Shown here piece by piece: positions 63,901-64,000 of a stretch of 64,000 nucleotides of DNA. Position 1 is the first letter of the stretch. Every line of letters starts with the position of its first letter. Where the stretch lies: sequence record MK962753.1. The stretch is one strand, 5' to 3'. This DNA comes from Shigella phage JK32. The notes below the pieces were generated by a model. The model searched no databases and was not told the DNA's origin. It was given only the letters and a program-made list of their open reading frames with translations. The translations under genes and the position numbers were made by a program.

Positions 63901-64000
63901 ACAGCGCAAGTTGTTGATAGTGATGCTATCGCTTTCGGTAAGATTAACGATTCTGGATTCGTCGAGCATTACGCCTTTGCTATGGAACACAATGGCGACG
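60958..64000 (+). CDS. 34: Long tail fibre proximal subunit gp34 (3'-truncated at window edge)
   Basis: Frame open from ATG 60958 to window end; matches T4 gp34 including repeated ATE.R.GIAEIATQ.E...G.DD..I.TPKKL motifs and RISTPLKIKT; absent from ORF track because it has no stop in the window. Confidence 0.92.
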   Translation, partial: MADFSQHFKATFGFDAGNEKVVNVALADKNVNTDAVNVEFFNYHNGITQYDTTRGYDQYGTTIYQNRPYYAKEDITKPAGDFDPTKWQALRTDPRWDYIAATSGDTPLKSGDYIAADGQFANLTFSMPNKPAEGDTITVKDIGGKCGVNELSFLSSGHEFYHNGNVYNRKWYCTTPYAMNYFIFVRNRWHVYQTGTEPRGVYAQPAIDAIQMQNGDQVFRRSSLGNITLVLPKFANNGDMIQTTDLDGLTATNHVTVKVHEHAEEQSIGTFGLKEIIGKRSGHGVFIFDKPENLWRVWDGDQSVRLKPIIDDTRLQPNSYVAVFGDHDVTLTLPTNVEPGDRIQVSMQYMHGNQNCRIITAAEDTKILMQKNMVQFPKRSEYPFNGTETWKEVSELSFNAASDYVPYLEFSYSEGDDGKKHWLVAHAHPIVERVDPTRKARVGVIALATQNETNKNHEENPSDEVAVTPKMLANKTANETRRGIARIATQAETHQDTGSSFLDDVIVTPKKLNDCVATEARRGVMEIATQHETNEGLDDTRAITPKKLEERRASEDLAGIAEIVQAGGSAADRRGEAGTGIYNINDHAKIVTPQNINEVKATETSRGVGYLATDAEVQGATESTPQDALLITTRTLTKRTATESRTGIAEIATQEETNLGQSDNHIITPKKLHTRRATETLHGLAEIATQPEFDAGRDDARISTPLKIKTFFENAQRLKVDPTQGLNLTGDLWQGIMISGLDATEDTKGVAKVATTQLTDAGQDDTTIITPKKLQGKKATEGKEGIIRVGTQAETVAGALANVAISPKNFKYVVQTEDTWKATEARRGFLKVATQENCFVGDNLQGSTQELGNYQHDGIAVTPKGLNYALANFLPKMATAQNSLKLGNVEAAKWARRDIDQTIESNYTFNKNVNVKGDLECLKSGSFETLFVTKNSTDDPSNGHLVLGERGVDGHTGITLHGTTASEGMENSWSIIVGGTGTAQVVDSDAIAFGKINDSGFVEHYAFAMEHNGD

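Noticed and set aside
1-64000. Prophage or integrative element signatures (integrase, att sites, flanking bacterial genes)
   Set aside because: The whole window is phage DNA with T4 synteny; no integrase, recombinase or bacterial housekeeping genes were seen, consistent with a virulent T4-like phage.

Overview
This window is a contiguous segment of a T4-like (Tevenvirinae-type) myovirus genome, not a bacterial chromosome. Gene order follows the T4 map: head genes 20-67-68-21-22-23 and 24 (+ strand), the hoc/uvsW/uvsY region, baseplate hub genes 25-26 (-) and 51-27-28-29-48-54 (+), alt, then a long minus-strand early/middle region (30 DNA ligase, 31, cd, pseT, rnlA, nrdB, nrdA, td, frd, 32, 59, 33, dsbA, rnh) and the 5' part of long-tail-fibre gene 34 running off the window end. 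Proteins are clearly homologous to T4 but diverged; identifications rest on recalled T4 sequences, motifs and synteny, with no database search. On this backbone sit several accessory modules: (1) a late-promoter-driven, terminator-bracketed four-gene module of fibre-like proteins between genes 23 and 24; (2) two tandem Hoc paralogues with different Ig-domain counts; (3) a hyperplastic early region between alt and gene 30 (about 33.0-40.5 kb) full of small ORFs, each behind a near-identical early promoter cassette with a GC-rich palindrome between -35 and -10 (15 copies on the minus strand, reminiscent of PeSL elements of RB49-group phages); it contains a six-member tandem paralogue family with a conserved H-x-H-W...AVDV signature and a translationally coupled DUF262-like / Zn-ribbon / C5-methyltransferase-like operon; (4) scattered nuclease-like or mobile-looking genes (HNH, GIY-YIG, two Zn-ribbon-repeat paralogues); (5) candidate nucleotide-signalling or anti-defence enzymes (SLOG/DprA-like, NADAR-like, CYTH-like, a second ADP-ribosyltransferase); and (6) a thymidylate synthase with a large in-frame insertion. 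No rRNA, tRNA, CRISPR array, integrase or transposase was recognised. Hairpin and promoter coordinates were read by eye and may be off by a few bases.
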